Shown: in pieces, positions 13,101-23,100 of the stretch
Numbering within the stretch: the stretch's first letter is position 1
Layout of the letters: every line of letters begins with the position of its first letter
IMG/VR virus record: IMGVR_UViG_3300010354_000371
Coordinates: 1 to 30,600 of that record
DNA length: 30,600 nucleotides
Source: a virus
Lineage: Duplodnaviria; Caudoviricetes
Reading direction: 5' to 3' (one strand)
Notes under the pieces: model-generated
What the model was told of the DNA's origin: nothing
Database searches by the model: none
The model's input: only the letters and a program-made list of their open reading frames with translations
Program-made: the position numbers and the translations under genes

Positions 13101-14222
13101 ACTCCAAGAATTTAAATCTTGGCTTGCTCTGTTAATGGTAACATATTCAGGATCTGCTGGCAACTTTTTATCATTATCAAAAGGATATGAATCAAAATCA
13201 GTGGAGTCGAAAGTTTCCGGATATCTGTCTGCTATAGATTCAGGAGTTATCAATAAATTAAAATCTACTAATTTTATAGAAGAACCTACCCCTTCAACTA
13301 TAAACTCTTTGTCTCTATAAGATTCTGGATATACATATCCACCGAATCTTATTTTCATACCATTGGTTAAATTAACACCTGTGCCGCTTGTATAATTTAC
13401 CTTGCCTATAATTTCATCTTCTACATCAATTATAGCATCTTGGTCTATTGACTTAACAACAAATATACCTGTGGCCAAAGCCTGATCATCGGCAGCATAA
13501 TAAAGTGTATCTGGAGTAGTAGCTCCTACAACTATTGTTATTTGCCCAGAACTTATTTCATTATTTGTTACGCCGGAAGTAAAAAGATCTTCATTTCCTG
13601 GGCTAGGTTGACTTTTAATACAAAATTTATGAACGCTATTAACATTAAAAGTATAAGTATTACCTCTATATAAAATTAATAAAGGATCTTCAGTTAACCC
13701 GTCTGGGCTAAAAACAAAAGATGTTTCTAAGGCATTATCAGAAACACTAAATGTACTTGTACTGGATATACGTGTTCCTGTTATTTCAACAGTTTCAGGC
13801 CCATTGACTAACCAATAATATTCTTGGAAATTGACAAACTTATCAAAATCTATATGCGGATTATATGAATATACATTAGATCTGTATAGCTTATCAAAAT
13901 TAGTTACATCTCCGCCATGAAATTTGATTTGATTAGTTAGATCTTCAATACCTATAACATCTTGAACTTTGCCTAAACTGTCTTTCACGACTAGAGCCGG
14001 CTCTAATTGATAATTTCCTCTCAAAGAGTCTGTCTCTGTAATATAGACATCAGATGTAGAAACATAATTAGGAGTTAATCTGCTTCCTACATAACCATCT
14101 ATACGTTCTAGTTTAGGAGGTTGTATAAGTTGATCAATAGTGCTAGAAAGGAATTTAGAATTTTTATCTGTTCTAAAAAACTCAGGTAATAAATTTATAC
14201 TTTTAATTGATCGTTCAGCCAT
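1167..14222 (-). CDS. Giant virion structural protein, 4351 aa; gp7-like baseplate wedge with inserted adhesin-type domains
   Basis: Uninterrupted 13-kb ORF immediately downstream of gp6. Wedge-like motifs LLPEFF...KFL (N-terminus), [13 protein letters not shown] and [10 protein letters not shown]. Also FG-GAP-like repeats (VGAPG, FGYSL, FGHSIA), CBM5/12-like Y..G..V...G..Y motifs and repeated GxGY...P.V.I beta-sandwich motifs typical of T4-like structural proteins. Confidence 0.75.
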   Translation of the reverse strand: MAERSIKSINLLPEFFRTDKNSKFLSSTIDQLIQPPKLERIDGYVGSRLTPNYVSTSDVYITETDSLRGNYQLEPALVVKDSLGKVQDVIGIEDLTNQIKFHGGDVTNFDKLYRSNVYSYNPHIDFDKFVNFQEYYWLVNGPETVEITGTRISSTSTFSVSDNALETSFVFSPDGLTEDPLLILYRGNTYTFNVNSVHKFCIKSQPSPGNEDLFTSGVTNNEISSGQITIVVGATTPDTLYYAADDQALATGIFVVKSIDQDAIIDVEDEIIGKVNYTSGTGVNLTNGMKIRFGGYVYPESYRDKEFIVEGVGSSIKLVDFNLLITPESIADRYPETFDSTDFDSYPFDNDKKLPADPEYVTINRASQDLNSWSRYNRWFHKQVIEASAEANNVNAVYPNDLRARRPIIEFVPNIKLYNFGDTGIRDVQVIDTSTTDAFSIIEGTSTNYVVDGHALQQGDRVIFTADTDVDVRSTIFEVNYINELNRLELQVADTVYDGNCTVITTGTNYKGTSWWYNGSQWVEGQQHTSLNQAPKFDLFDEDGRSYSLDYVSTFDGNRIFGYDVGSGTPDSILGFPLKYRNSYGVGSYLFKNYFSSESIVITTGFDTTSTRGPMDTFIGIKDSNGYSYKNVWESTPSYQIPIIEIQATSISTSSLEIKSLNQAGSTDFDLLVYVNGNKLSNDDFTVVNTGTRSFVYFNTMLTKDTDVVYKIYTDSTPNKNGYYEPSVGFTNNPLNQFSDSLTLSQITDHVETMIDRIDSYTGQFPGSGNLRDLSDVGSKGRLIVTHENPLAFSQLFLGKQEHNLINAIDKGRNEYAQFKLALQRKISEVEIQDNPVRALDIVLKELNKDKDLLSSYYYSDMLGYGTNRKITSWIVSNVNTKIYPISNEFKLDGLVLRSVLVYINNNQLLHDIDYVFVENDSSIELLTDLAIGDLIEVYDYLDTAGSFVPSTPTKLGLYPKFIPSKFVDNSYVTPVQVIQGHDGSITVAYGDYRDDILLEFEKRIYNNLKVNYRPELFDINMSIPGLFRNIGYSREQINNILVKDFLAWAGTYGIEPYENLAFDEGNSYTFNYTKSYHSALNENLVGSWRAVYKYYFDTDRPHSHPWEMLGFTVEPLWWEDEYGPAPYTSGNSILWDDIEQGLIRQGSRQGIDLNYSRPGLSTFLPVDDSGDLIDPQTLLASNLTDFNIRQNWKFGDMGPAETAWRKSSQWPFVVQKLLALTKPADYFSKMYDPYRLNKNVANQWVYGDEKLFLSPRTCMVHADDTTLTSGYSVYIVENGLVRNRNYVQSLKADLTYLDYNLFYKVGGFVSKDKLQIIIDAIDPTSRSPGAILPPEDYDLLLNVSNTIQTTNISGIIVQKLNGKFVVRGYDNKNPYFKIYSPLRTINTPTITIGGKSESYVLWGASQTDVNRGLTAADLTSAKSTTSGIIYEKGQIVYYQNNFYRVIVSHKSGTSFVDEYFSKMPYLPTKGGAVVQSAPRFSDVEQSIPYETEYETVQEVYDLILGYGEWLKTQGFVFDEYNTDLSETIDWKFTGKEFLYWTTQNWSDNSIITLSPFANKVKFKLANTVVDNIFNNFYDYSILSANGTAFNQRNLTVNRENGLCTIESSNTTDGIYFASLRNVQKEHAMVFNNTTMFNDTMYDITTGYRQRRIKLLGFRTKDWDGDFFSPGFVYDTAYISDWVSYKDYKNGDVVKFAGKYYSAQSNIFGTEKFDFSKWNLLGEYPVAKLLPNFSYKIEQFEDFYSLDIDNFDPVQEDLAQHLIGYTPRVYLYNVFTNPISQYKFYQGFIREKGTRNSVSKLAKASIQTLKGEIDYTEEWAFRVGHYGSFSSFQEIEIPLKEGEFIENPQIIKFDEDDKPDANDFIYYVTSSDIVLYSKDYDVSRTFVTSSDFDIIKLQTAGFVRLDDVTYTAYNENSLLDVLNINQLNEGDYVWIGFKNNGDWDVYRYTLISSEVVRSFMDALTANVMTIVTKGMHTLRPGDIISLSQFDSQVDGVYTVQSVPKLNQFTITFDTAFVGETLPDVPGLLFKFQSTKYGSFDKLPKDSQLLKLPYESKVWLEDDGSGKWIVYKKVNNYSNTNALKHIDRNTGWAITKTYNGLFAVSEPGIDDKSDANTGTVYVYNTLSINTPVVTLTTTTGNLDYGYDVAFDGELLAVGAPGYNSNRGQVWLYSIINTGVPYIINSVTPTVDGRFGESLLVKKLTTTTHLLMVGEPKSGEAFRTEITTGTSITESIWTGLTPTNPLTLNSEFGYSLDAYPDNDVYVVGAPGQTDNKGSVFVFTSTNNTEIVSPFTDYGSRGRFGHVVKLSDDGNYLFVGAPDVRNGDIGSLSFGKVQVYKFNGTTYSSHQTISNPVDIPGMKFGYEIDVNNDGTELVIGALGTNRNVRLTFNKYNTLLPMSVQPLGSKYVNDSDSDLSDVETTFDGGSTKFFDQINYSGTAYIYNRKNNLFKIADELLPSSINYVDGTGTNFGHSIALNDNTIYVGAPAFSNKPWKDNVQSMVYKFDKLDKDQKSWNQFRIQDDLVDVDTIRKITVVNSLTEQVIDYLDVVDPLKGRISGIADQDITYKSTIDPAVYSIGNTTTINDITANWTDEHVGELWWDLSSVKYIWYEQGELNYRKNNWGKLFPGATIDIYEWVGSELLPSEWAEQADTNAGLTFGISGQPKHPDNSVLSVKQVYNSITNSFINVYYFWVKNKTLVPNSKNRRISAFQVASIIENPLLYGLQYATILDSNALSVSNLNRQLVEDRIHLNITSDKIKNRIPLHTEWMLMQEGEEDSTPNDRLETKLFDSLLGKDKLGQPVPDPNLKERNRYGIEIRPRQSMFKNRKDALRNLFDFANDVLVTERIAGYYSFVNLNKKDDIPDEFSREYDRVVEDNEGLLYVTTSTLVQAQLTCSVLDGKINAVSIVNSGTGYESAPLVTISSDTDAEIIVELNTASNISSATIVDPGYGFTVAPTITVRPYTVLVLTDSTQGGKWAKYEWTGSWNLAETQGFDTTLYWDRIDWVSATYNQFVDYVYTVDSIYELATIEDINLGEYVKVNDAGLGYFIILEKVSDQGTYGNGYDIVFAEKGTIKFKDSLWNSTLDNSEELKNILTALKENIFVNELKIYWNLFWFQAVKYSLTEQKLLDWAFKTSFINVTNFAGELGQPSFYKLQNSEFYEDYIREVKPYHTQIRSFTTNHKQLEISKNYITDFDLPATYDEVNNKFALVQSTDPEADQYPWKEYFNNYKFIVDSIDVSDGGSGYGEVPTVVIVAKTGDTGSGATAIAYIRSGAVYHIEVTNPGSGYTTNPYVYIIGGGSGVTKTAVAYARIKNNKVRSFNINLKFDRTSRDEEQGTNLSVTDRFTCNGITTEFVLSWLALADKTQFVVTLDDVAVLSSDYTVEYYKSFIGLGTEYNKEYNKIVFTNFIPDAGTTLKVTYNKNTKLLNAVDRIVNYYAPTAGMPGLDLGQLMSGIVYPGAMVGGLTFNNGEDNIRDSDISGGAWTTSTGLTATDTLYYQNLFGVDPDRFATTTTDLGVNVLTVGAQGKYADEIIIDGDGFITPYTSHAPEELLPGEVNESVSISVFTKHIEGAPTVISSYFNVEAGTTTTKYMSVVPANSDSVIVTYQNRIFDYTTTTNFTTSTQFTIDWSSREIILSPQSQSGKAGYTIISIGGGKGTDDTAVIDHPSLTVNTSIGEFTSTQLQSLAIFDTVKSAYVTVNGESITELTTSTDVQLGYMLTRSHSNNKRAAVNVYNLPDGENTITAWFFGSANKYFNEVNEETFSWTSTQTVFTLSMPPGIIEPLVGQVIVELDTGAGKKILSPPKIDYYEVLDTLIPLYDISQTTSTVRVYKNGVALIHPTEYDVSPGNTHVNILTPLQLKDVIAVVNLTGQEDYDLVNNTLTLNQNHSQGELRVITFNNHDDMLMRTEAFEGNSFRRYKISRPALDQDYVWVIVNGIPLINHYDFEILDDSLTIQVSDAFEHTSADEIIIISISSSKLSDSVIGYRIFNDFLSRVHYKRLSKQNTTYLTRELYLGDKEIHVADSSVLSNPIIEKNIPGVIYIDGERIEYFVKDGNILKQLRRSTLCTAPALYSEIYSKVIDQGTEQNIPYTDRILRQDRLTTASITTYTIPVNNHSLDYTITGTSTVVFANKGIKLNAINTNTFIKNSIRLEDQVTVYYGGRQLRKTGVYRQVTTASYDSPVINFTTISNVALLTTSTSTSLPITNVVGTAYVVTATNQVWVYNNSSRFGSVNGYEYTGFDYLPPEFSLNVVGSNQTIQLNIEEGVASNILLTITKKEFDVAKVWNDIDPDNTATTISLIESSSGPARFLQARPAELPDTYYYGGDPTLTEDTGFALTDEDDEPLEEY

Positions 14223-14224
14223 TC

Positions 14225-17200
14225 TTAACTTCCGGTACTATTAATAATAGATGTAGCATTTAGTTGACTGGCTGTGATAGCATCAATTACTTCAATATCG
14301 TTAGCCGTAGCTCCATTTATAAAAATTTCATTGCTAGCACATTTGATTTCATATAGACTACCAAAATCATTATTGCTGTTTGGAACAATGACAAAGTTAG
14401 TTATATCAGGTGTCATAATGTTCATAACATATGTTACTAATTCACTAAAGTAAAATGTTTGACCAAAATCCCAATTCTCTATGCTGAAGAAATCTTGTAT
14501 AGCAACAAGTATTCTGCTCTTAATGTCATTATCACTTACAGTGCGATTTGGATTTTTCACTGCCTTAAATGTTGCTCTTAAATTTTCAACAGCTCTGCTA
14601 CCAAATAATACTTTATATTTTACTGGTTGATAGATTATTTCGTCACTTATAGCCTTTATTGGTTCTAATATGTTGCTGTAACTTTGCTCTAGACTTTGAC
14701 TTGTCGGTGGTAAAGGTTCACTACCTAATCCTGTAATTAACCAAGTTCTATATTCATTATCATAGCTACCTGTAAGTAGATAGATATCTATTATATTACT
14801 CTTACTTGGATCGATTCTGCGATTATCACTGCTATTGTGTAGGTAATGAAATTTTAAATCGCTCCTACCTTCATAACGAACATATTCTGGCCTATATACC
14901 CAAGCTGCTCCTGTATATGTATTAACTACATTTGTTGATGTAAAAAAGTACAATTGATCTAACAATGGCGTAGTTACAGAACTGGTAGTAGATGTAGTTA
15001 TAAAATTATTTGCGCTAATTAACTTGTTATAATCACCATATACAGCATCGCCTTCAATCTTTTCAAAGAAAACGTAACTTGTATATGAACTTGTGCCAAT
15101 AACTTTAGTGAAACTATCAGGATCTACAATTTCTCCCGTATTGTTCCTATCATAAAAACTTACTTTTACTTTTTTAGGATCTATGTAACCATCGACTTCA
15201 ACTACAGGTCCATCTATTTGCCAAACATAATCTGTACCTAATGCCTGAGCTGAACTTACCATAGGATTAACAGATAAGACGCTGACCTGATCCTTAATTA
15301 CACTATTATTCACAAAATCATAATTAACATTATTCTGGTCTATGAAGAAACCAGTTTCTTCTTCGCTTTCAAAAATATAATCAGTTAACCTATAAGTGAC
15401 TTTATAAGTATTCCCAACTAAAGTAAAGTTAAAGATCCAACTAGCATCTAAATTCGTTCCAGAAGTGTCGCCCTGGTTATCAAGACTAAACGGACCGGTG
15501 GTATCTAGGTTAGGTTCAAAAATTATATTCCAAGATCTTTTTACACTACTAAAACTCAAACCAAATTTTTGTCTGTTTAGGCATAGGTTTACCAAATCGT
15601 TTTCAAAGGCGGCACTATAGGTATCTACGAATTTTGGTAATACTTCTACCGGTATACTATCTTCTTGAACAAATTGAGATAACACAATAGGGCCTGACCC
15701 ATCTTCTAGCTCACCTTGACCTCCATTAGATCCATCTCCTACCACACTAATAATTTTCACCCACAAATATTCTAAAGTGGTAGATGATTGTGTAGTGGTA
15801 TGTTTTCCGGCAGGCGTAAAATATTTTCCAGATGGTGGAACAAATTTAATTAACGCACCGGGAACAATATACTTGGCATTGCCTGCTACAGTGGATCCAA
15901 CAGGAATCGGTGTGCCTAAATTGTCAAAATAACCTTTGGCCTGAGTACTTACTGGAGTTTTCCACTCTAATGTTAATGATGCTAAATCAGGTCTACTGTA
16001 TTCATCATAATAAAAGGATCTTATCGCAGGCGATTTCACTAATGGTGCTAACTGATTTTTAATTACTGCCAATATCTCATTTCTACTTGCTAGTTCAAAG
16101 GTAAAAAAACTACTTTTTGTTTCTTTATATAAAATACCGTCGGCAGCAAAAATATTGGTTTTGCTGTATTTCCCGCTAACATCACTTAATTCAAAATATT
16201 TACTAACGCCGCTTGAAACACGGTTAGTGCTTTTAACTTTAACTATATCACTGCCCAATGTTAATGGAGCAATGTTATAGTCTTCGGCTGTAATCATTCT
16301 GTTCTGAACATAGAATGCCTGAGGTGCTTTTTGTTGTATGCTGGCATTAGATTCGGCAGAAGTAGCATTATTAACTGAGTATTGAAGCGCAAATGTTAGC
16401 GATAATGTGTGGCTTTGTCCCGACTTATTAAAGTAAGGCATTTCAACAGTAATACCAGACATCTGTTCAGGGCGAACTGAATAGGTAAGTCCGTTACTTT
16501 GTCTATAAAATACTCTAAAAGTGCCTTTTGGCAAATCTCCAAAACTACCATCAGCAAAATTTAAATCAATTTGATCCTGGTCCCTTGTTCTTACACTGTA
16601 AATTTTTCGTTGATCTTTACTTAGACTGTTATAGATAATGTTATTACCGATAATGTCAGGAACTTTTGTCCATAGATTAGAATAGTTACCATCCCCGTCT
16701 AATTGCCAAAGCCAAATATCAGTATTATTAATGTTATTACTATTAATACCTACTATCTCATTACTAACAGGATTATCAATAGAAAACGTTGAAACTGCTA
16801 ATTCACCCTGTCTAAAATGTGCGAAGAACCCGGTATTAACACTACCTGCGCCTTGATTATCATTTCTATAAACAAAACTAAATGTGCTACCAGGTCTAGG
16901 AGCTTCCTCATATATAAAAGTTTTATCTGTAAATGTACAAGGAACTATTTCAAAGTTCATACTTGTACCATTTATACTTTTTAAGAATGAATAAACAGGA
17001 ATATCCCTATTTGAGCTATTAATTCTATATTGCTCTGTCAATATTCCGCCAATAGTTTTTCTATCATAGGGCTTACCAAACACAAAACTACCAGACATGG
17101 CAGAATTTAATATGGTTATAAATTGCCCATACCAATTACTGTTGGTATTATCATTCCATCCAATTGTCACATTGGCTAGATTTATACCATTTGAGTCTAT

Positions 17201-17584
17201 AATACTATCCGTAGTGGCAACTGATGTTAATTTTAAAAATCCATTAGCAGGAACATTTCTACTAGGAACATAGCTAATTAGCTGTGCTAAACGTAATATA
17301 CTATCTCTACGTTGCGCCGTTTCAATAAAGTTTTCTCGTGCGTTAAGATCAATTCTAAAACTTAAATTTTGTCCTAGATATGCTATAAGATCTATTAAGG
17401 CAATGTACTCGCTACTATCGATAAAATCATTAAAATCTTCAGGATAGTTTTCCTGAAGATACTGAATCATAGTTCTTCGTAAGGTTTCAAAATCGTAACT
17501 TTGAAAATCAGCATTACGAAAAGATTGATAAATCTTCTTCCAATCTTCAGTTACATAAAGTTTACTTGTAGTAGTTGGTATCAT
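14225..17584 (-). CDS. Baseplate wedge subunit, T4 gp6-like, 1119 aa
   Basis: N-terminal DFETLRRTMIQYL...FNDF...LIDLIAY...ENFIETAQRRDSILRLAQLISY, middle FADGSFGDLP and QNRMITAEDY, C-terminal DFGQTFYFSEL. These are gp6/baseplate-J motifs; the gene follows gp25. Confidence 0.88.
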   Translation of the reverse strand: MIPTTTSKLYVTEDWKKIYQSFRNADFQSYDFETLRRTMIQYLQENYPEDFNDFIDSSEYIALIDLIAYLGQNLSFRIDLNARENFIETAQRRDSILRLAQLISYVPSRNVPANGFLKLTSVATTDSIIDSNGINLANVTIGWNDNTNSNWYGQFITILNSAMSGSFVFGKPYDRKTIGGILTEQYRINSSNRDIPVYSFLKSINGTSMNFEIVPCTFTDKTFIYEEAPRPGSTFSFVYRNDNQGAGSVNTGFFAHFRQGELAVSTFSIDNPVSNEIVGINSNNINNTDIWLWQLDGDGNYSNLWTKVPDIIGNNIIYNSLSKDQRKIYSVRTRDQDQIDLNFADGSFGDLPKGTFRVFYRQSNGLTYSVRPEQMSGITVEMPYFNKSGQSHTLSLTFALQYSVNNATSAESNASIQQKAPQAFYVQNRMITAEDYNIAPLTLGSDIVKVKSTNRVSSGVSKYFELSDVSGKYSKTNIFAADGILYKETKSSFFTFELASRNEILAVIKNQLAPLVKSPAIRSFYYDEYSRPDLASLTLEWKTPVSTQAKGYFDNLGTPIPVGSTVAGNAKYIVPGALIKFVPPSGKYFTPAGKHTTTQSSTTLEYLWVKIISVVGDGSNGGQGELEDGSGPIVLSQFVQEDSIPVEVLPKFVDTYSAAFENDLVNLCLNRQKFGLSFSSVKRSWNIIFEPNLDTTGPFSLDNQGDTSGTNLDASWIFNFTLVGNTYKVTYRLTDYIFESEEETGFFIDQNNVNYDFVNNSVIKDQVSVLSVNPMVSSAQALGTDYVWQIDGPVVEVDGYIDPKKVKVSFYDRNNTGEIVDPDSFTKVIGTSSYTSYVFFEKIEGDAVYGDYNKLISANNFITTSTTSSVTTPLLDQLYFFTSTNVVNTYTGAAWVYRPEYVRYEGRSDLKFHYLHNSSDNRRIDPSKSNIIDIYLLTGSYDNEYRTWLITGLGSEPLPPTSQSLEQSYSNILEPIKAISDEIIYQPVKYKVLFGSRAVENLRATFKAVKNPNRTVSDNDIKSRILVAIQDFFSIENWDFGQTFYFSELVTYVMNIMTPDITNFVIVPNSNNDFGSLYEIKCASNEIFINGATANDIEVIDAITASQLNATSIINSTGS

Positions 17585-17592
17585 GATGTTTT

Positions 17593-17611
17593 AATTTATA
17601 CCGTATTTATT
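17593..17611 (-). promoter_or_regulatory. Late promoter-like motifs upstream of gp6 (AATAAATA 17604-17611; TATAAATT 17593-17600)
   Basis: Both are 1-mismatch versions of TATAAATA in the 47-nt gp25-gp6 intergenic gap. Confidence 0.6.
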
Positions 17612-17631
17612 GGCAAAATTATCCAGGTATA

Positions 17632-18066
17632 TTATTGAACTGATAGTCCAATTTTTTGATCAAACACTAATTTCATATTAGAAGATTGATTGGTGCCAGA
17701 AAGAACCAAGGTAATTTCTAAAATGTATCCATTTTCATACTCTGTTAAATCTAATTGAGTAGGTACTACCCTAGGATCGCTGTTACAAATATTGCTAATA
17801 TCCTGTTTGAGTAATTCTCTAGTATCATCAGTTAAAGGTTCCATTAATAGATCCCATATTACACTGCCAAAAGTAGGATTCATTACACGTTCACCCTTAC
17901 GAGTTCTAAAATGATTAATTAAATCTTGTTTAATTAAATCAAAGTCAAATAGCTGAGTATTAGTATCTCCAGTTAATGTACTAAAACCTTTGTAAAAATG
18001 GCTGGTTTTTCTGCTCTGTTGAGCAACTACCTTCGAACCTGTAATTTCTATTGTTTTAAAACTCAT
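17632..18066 (-). CDS. Baseplate wedge subunit, T4 gp25-like, 144 aa
   Basis: LIKQDLINHFRTRKGERVMNPTFGSVIWDLLMEP...DPRV is the gp25/GPW signature. Confidence 0.92.
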   Translation of the reverse strand: MSFKTIEITGSKVVAQQSRKTSHFYKGFSTLTGDTNTQLFDFDLIKQDLINHFRTRKGERVMNPTFGSVIWDLLMEPLTDDTRELLKQDISNICNSDPRVVPTQLDLTEYENGYILEITLVLSGTNQSSNMKLVFDQKIGLSVQ

Positions 18067-18071
18067 ATTAA

Positions 18072-18079
18072 TATTTATT
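18072..18079 (-). promoter_or_regulatory. Late promoter AATAAATA upstream of gp25
   Basis: The minus strand reads AATAAATA-TTAAT-ATG in the 14-nt gap between gp5 and gp25. Confidence 0.7.
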
Positions 18080-18080
18080 G

Positions 18081-20174
18081 TTAAGTTTTTTTCACTTTCG
18101 ATGCTTCATAATTAACAATCTGTTGCCTTACATAGGCTAATTGCGCCTTAACCTTAGTAGACGCATCTGCTTTTGTTACAAAACCTTTACCATCTTTATC
18201 TAGTGGGTTAACTGCATATTGAGGAGTTCCTGCTCTAAACAATACATAATCATTAGCTTTACCCACCGCGGCCGGCCATAGTATTGCCATATAGAGGTCT
18301 TCTATCTTAGGACTAGATACTTTGGCCAAAGGACCTGCTTTAAAATACTTTTCTACCCAATCCATTTGTTGCGTTCTTGTTAGGCCAGCTAGGTATTGTG
18401 TAGTTGTCCCCAAACCTTTAGCGGTAGTTGCCATAAATTGTATTAGCCCGGTCGCTGAAGATTTAGGATTACGTTTAGCTGGATCAAATGTCCTACCTGT
18501 TTCGAACGCCATACAGGCCAATAAATCCACATAATCACAACCTAAATTACCAGCAACAGATTTTACCTTGTTAATGAACAATTCATCTTTAATCCAATCA
18601 CTTGGTTGATTGGTATTAGGTTCAGGCCAGGGTTGATTAGTTACTACATTGCTATTATTTGCTCCAGCATATGCATCTGTAGCCTCTTTATTAAACCTAT
18701 CTGGATTAATATTTTCATGCTGATCCCATGGTTCGTGTGTGGGAACACGCTGCATAATACTTGTTATAGGATCTGCGGCGTAAAAATTACCATCTGCCCA
18801 ACCTGAAGTTTTATCACGATTAGGCAGGTTGAATAATGGTAACCGTTGAGGCTGTTCCGCATCTGTTGCCGCAGTTCCTTTAGCAGCAGTAGGGCCATTT
18901 AAGTGTATTTGTGTTCCGGTGGCATATATAAGTCCTGCACTTGAGATATTGGTATCGCCATTTGTGGTGAGATAAGTGCCGTTATTAGAAACTAAATTAA
19001 TAGATTCTCCCGAGGTTTGGTATACGCTCAAATTACTTTTTATATGAATATTGCTCAGAGCATTAAGTTTAATATCAGTTTTACTTGATAAGTTTGCGGT
19101 GCTGCCAAATTGTAATTTGCCGCTTTGGTCTACTATTAGATTTAAGTCTTCTTTTACATTGAGGTTAAAATTATTAGAGGCTAGCATATTAATATTTCTG
19201 CCAGCTTCTATGTTCACATCTCTGTCTGCTCTGAAATTAAAATCAGCTTCAGTGTGAATGCTGACACTATCTTCTGCGTATATATCAATTTTGCCTGCGC
19301 TGGTCATTTCTATCCACGCAGTTCCTTTACTATTAGCAATGTAGATTAAATCGTGACTATTGTGTAGTAAAATTTGATGACCGGTCCTAGTTCTTATCCT
19401 TACTAATTCATCTGCGCCTTCAAGGTCACCGTCATCCATTACAAATGTATGTCCGCCTAGTCTACTTACAGGAAATTGTCTATTTCCTACATATCCTAAC
19501 TTTCCTTTTTTAGCTCCGTCACTTTGATCAACAGGACCGGGGGTGCTTATACCAAATACCTTACTAGGAGTTTCTCTCCTAGCACTGCTAGACGTAACGC
19601 CACGAACAGTATCAAGCAATAATCCCTGTGCCAGTAAACGCTCTGCGAAAGGATGAACTGCTTTTTTAACAAAGTAAGGATTTTTATTTTCGTTTAATGT
19701 CTGACTGGCCTTGTGTATTTCTGCAACAGGCAAATATTTTGTTCCGTATCTACGTTCTTGTTCAGCAGTTAGGGCAGTTTGGTCACTGGCCGCAATACCG
19801 GGAACCATATGATTTTGAAATGTCTCTGGCACACAACCTATAACATATCCATCACTGGCATTACCTAGTAAAAATACTACTAGCACTTTGGTTCCTACAT
19901 CAGGAGGAACCATCCACATACCATAGGATTTTTGAACGTCGTTAAAATCGCTGCTGTTATTACCTTCAAACCTACTACTGGTGTAACCAAAAAATGGACT
20001 ACTCCATTTCACAACAAAAGTTCTACTCTGTAGGTCGATAGGCACGGCCTGATTTTTTAACAAAGCAACTTCTACCGATCCCATATATGTAGGATCAAGG
20101 TTATTAGTAACCTCTGCCAAATATGGCCCTGGATGAGGTAATCTACCTGCTACTCTTGTTTCTGTTTGGCTCAT
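18081..20174 (-). CDS. Baseplate central spike, T4 gp5-like, with a C-terminal lysozyme-like (SLT-type) domain, 697 aa
   Basis: OB-fold motifs (DPTYMGSVEV; YGMWMVPPDVGTKVLVVF), RIRTRTGHQILL, beta-helix repeats ending IHLNGP, then RVPTHEPWDQHEN, then CMAFETGRTFDP...SATGLIQFM (catalytic Glu plus GLxQ, as in lytic transglycosylases). Confidence 0.88.
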   Translation of the reverse strand: MSQTETRVAGRLPHPGPYLAEVTNNLDPTYMGSVEVALLKNQAVPIDLQSRTFVVKWSSPFFGYTSSRFEGNNSSDFNDVQKSYGMWMVPPDVGTKVLVVFLLGNASDGYVIGCVPETFQNHMVPGIAASDQTALTAEQERRYGTKYLPVAEIHKASQTLNENKNPYFVKKAVHPFAERLLAQGLLLDTVRGVTSSSARRETPSKVFGISTPGPVDQSDGAKKGKLGYVGNRQFPVSRLGGHTFVMDDGDLEGADELVRIRTRTGHQILLHNSHDLIYIANSKGTAWIEMTSAGKIDIYAEDSVSIHTEADFNFRADRDVNIEAGRNINMLASNNFNLNVKEDLNLIVDQSGKLQFGSTANLSSKTDIKLNALSNIHIKSNLSVYQTSGESINLVSNNGTYLTTNGDTNISSAGLIYATGTQIHLNGPTAAKGTAATDAEQPQRLPLFNLPNRDKTSGWADGNFYAADPITSIMQRVPTHEPWDQHENINPDRFNKEATDAYAGANNSNVVTNQPWPEPNTNQPSDWIKDELFINKVKSVAGNLGCDYVDLLACMAFETGRTFDPAKRNPKSSATGLIQFMATTAKGLGTTTQYLAGLTRTQQMDWVEKYFKAGPLAKVSSPKIEDLYMAILWPAAVGKANDYVLFRAGTPQYAVNPLDKDGKGFVTKADASTKVKAQLAYVRQQIVNYEASKVKKT

Positions 20175-23100
20175 TGCGAATTCAATAATCTTGAAAGTGG
20201 GCTTTGTAATTTACTACCAGCAGCAGTTGTGATAGCTTTATCTAAATCTGAATTAGACGATCCTGCTAATCTTAAATTTAATTCTACAGAATTAGAAGCA
20301 TTTTTTAATACCGATAAATTTTTATCTGTAGCAATTGTTATATCTGCCCTATCTGCCTGTATAGATGAAAACGACTTTGTTAACACTGGAGGGGTAGTAG
20401 ATAATAAAGCAGTAGACTGCGACTTAGGCAAAAAACTTGTTGATATTTTAGAATTATCACTTACACCATAAGCATTGGCTAGGGCAAACATACCTCCAAT
20501 TTTTAGCAAATTATTAATGTCAGCTTGATTAACTTCTGGCTCCGGTGCTTTAGCAGCAGGTGCTATAGGAGGAATATTAATAACCTTATCGGCAGGAATA
20601 TTTTTAACACTTACACCTTGGTTTTCTGCTGCGGTTACACTGACATCTTTAGGAAATGATTTAGCTAATGCTGCCAATGTCAACAATGTAGTAGGAGAAG
20701 CGTTCTGTAATTGTTGTGCTGTAATACCTAATCTGCCTGTCAATGATGCAACTTCATTACTTACTCCAGAAGTAACCTGAGTAATTTTATTTTGTACATC
20801 TGTCAAGGCAGTTGTAATACCGGACGTAGCCTGAGTAACTGCTCCGGATATGGCACCTGTGACATTACCTATAGCTCCGGAAACTGTTCCCTGTGCCGTT
20901 GATAGCAATTTTCCTAATTGGGTTAGAATGTTCACATCTGCTCTGGGTTGAGCTGCTCTAACTACGGCTCTAGAGACATCCCTTACTGGCTGGTCAAGAA
21001 CGTCTGGAAAAGTTTCCATTTTATCAGCAGGATCAGTCTCCTGTATATCAAGTTGAGTTATTTGTCCAGGTATTCTAACTAACTTTAAAGACTGTCTAAA
21101 TACACCTTCCCTAAATGTGCTCTTTACACTGAGTACTTTATATACGCCGCTGAAAGGAATTTTTTCAGCTTGAAATTTCATTAAACCATTTTCCCCAATG
21201 TCAACAGGGTTTCTAAAATTTATACGGACAAAGATTTCTTGAACAAAATAGGCTACTTCACCGTCTTTGGTTACTCCCTTACTTTCTAACTTAGGTTTAT
21301 AATTTCCATGCCCAGACGTAGTTAGAAAAATAGGATCACCTAATATTTCTACATCAGCAGTTAATAAACTAGCCTTAGAATTAATAATGGCTTCGTGCAT
21401 GTTTCTAGCCATTACATCATAGGGTTTATAACTAACAGGTCCTGCGGTTCCTATATTACTTAACTCATAACTATTAGGATTTGAAACAGCAGGCGCAACA
21501 CCATTATCAGTTCGTTGTAGGTTTTCAATGTTTTCAGGAGCTAACTGACTTTTATTCTCGCCACTTTTAGCCAAAGCATCTGCCGATGCTATGTAGTTAC
21601 TAGAGCCCATGTTTTTGCTAAATGCTTCAAAGAACAAATGATTGTAATTTAATTTAAAACTAATTAAATCAACATTTTCTCCAGAATAGATATAGTTATA
21701 GTTTCTAACTGGTAACCCATCTAATTTGGCTGCTCTAAATTGCTGAGAAGCATACCCCGGAATTCGTGTGTAGTGTAACTTATAAGGAGCAACTACGTAG
21801 GTATATTTTGAGTAATTTTGTTTGGTAACTGGATCTATTTCACCTACTTCAATTTCTGGAAACACATGAAAGTAGGTAACCATACCATCTGGCGTTTTTA
21901 CACCGCTAGCATTTAAATTTTCTATGAGTGTACGAGTATATTGACTATCTCTCAACACGGCAATAATACATTCGTGTATATTAGCTCGTTCGGCAAACTG
22001 TATTGTAGTATTATCCGGTGAATATCTAATGTACTTAGAAGTGTTGGAAGAGTTTGAATCTATTCGATTATCAACCCGTCTAACATCTGATTGACTATTA
22101 GAGGATCTATTATCTATAGCATTGTCAACTCTTCGAACATCTGCTTGTGCTGGTCTCATTAAGTTAGGAGCTACCTGAGCAGGATCGCCAGGGTCTGGAA
22201 ACCTGTATAATGCCTTGTCTTTTAAAATTTCAAGAACTTTACTTTTGCTAAACTCATTTTCATTATCCGCATAACTTAGTGTTCCGTCTGGCATTAATTG
22301 AGCAAATTTAATATCATAGGTATCATGTTTTACTGCCGCATCACTTACCTTTGCTTCCCTGTCATTACGTTTGACCTGTTCATTAAGATTGTTTATAAAA
22401 TTTGTTAGTATTTCCTTAACTGTAGATCCATTCATATTAATTGGATCTTTAAGTTTGTTAGGAGTTCCCATTGCGCCTTCATGAAATGGCAAACAGGTAC
22501 AACTATATCTTGTTCCCTTTTCAGTTACTTCTACTTCAACCTTGGTAAATCGAATTACAAAATATCTTTCTGTAAACTCTATTTTTTTTGGATCTGGTAA
22601 ATCTACATTGTCAGGATACCCTACAAATTCCATTTTTAAAACAAAACTTGCCCCTACATAACTGGTAAATCCACAAGATGTGGCGCCTACGTTCAATGCT
22701 TCTATAAAACCATTAATACTGTATGGTTCAAATACATCGAATCGTATGCCCGTAGACATACTGGTATTAGTCTGCTGACTAAAACTCATCAATGAATCAA
22801 CTTCTATGTTTTCAATAAACATATCGAATCTACCAGGACTACTTTCGTTAAACTCTCTGACTGCTTCTTGTCCTAATTCTATATCATTTGTTGTAAATGT
22901 TCCTAGCTCATTTTCATTTGTTCTAGTTACAGCTAGTCCAGAGGCAGCTTCTACATTAAATGATCTAGTGCCTTTACCCCCAGTTTTTAAAATAATAAAA
23001 TCAAATTTAGAATCTTTGTCCCTATAACTATTAGGATTTTTTAATTTTTCTCTATTAATAGCAGCAAGAGTAAAATTATAAGTGTACGACCTAAAAGAAT

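Noticed and set aside
3345-13320. Short ORFs nested in or antisense to the giant gene (3345, 3517, 5692, 6940, 8075, 9140, 13093)
   Set aside because: They are fully overlapped by the 4351-aa ORF and have no recognisable motifs or initiation signals.
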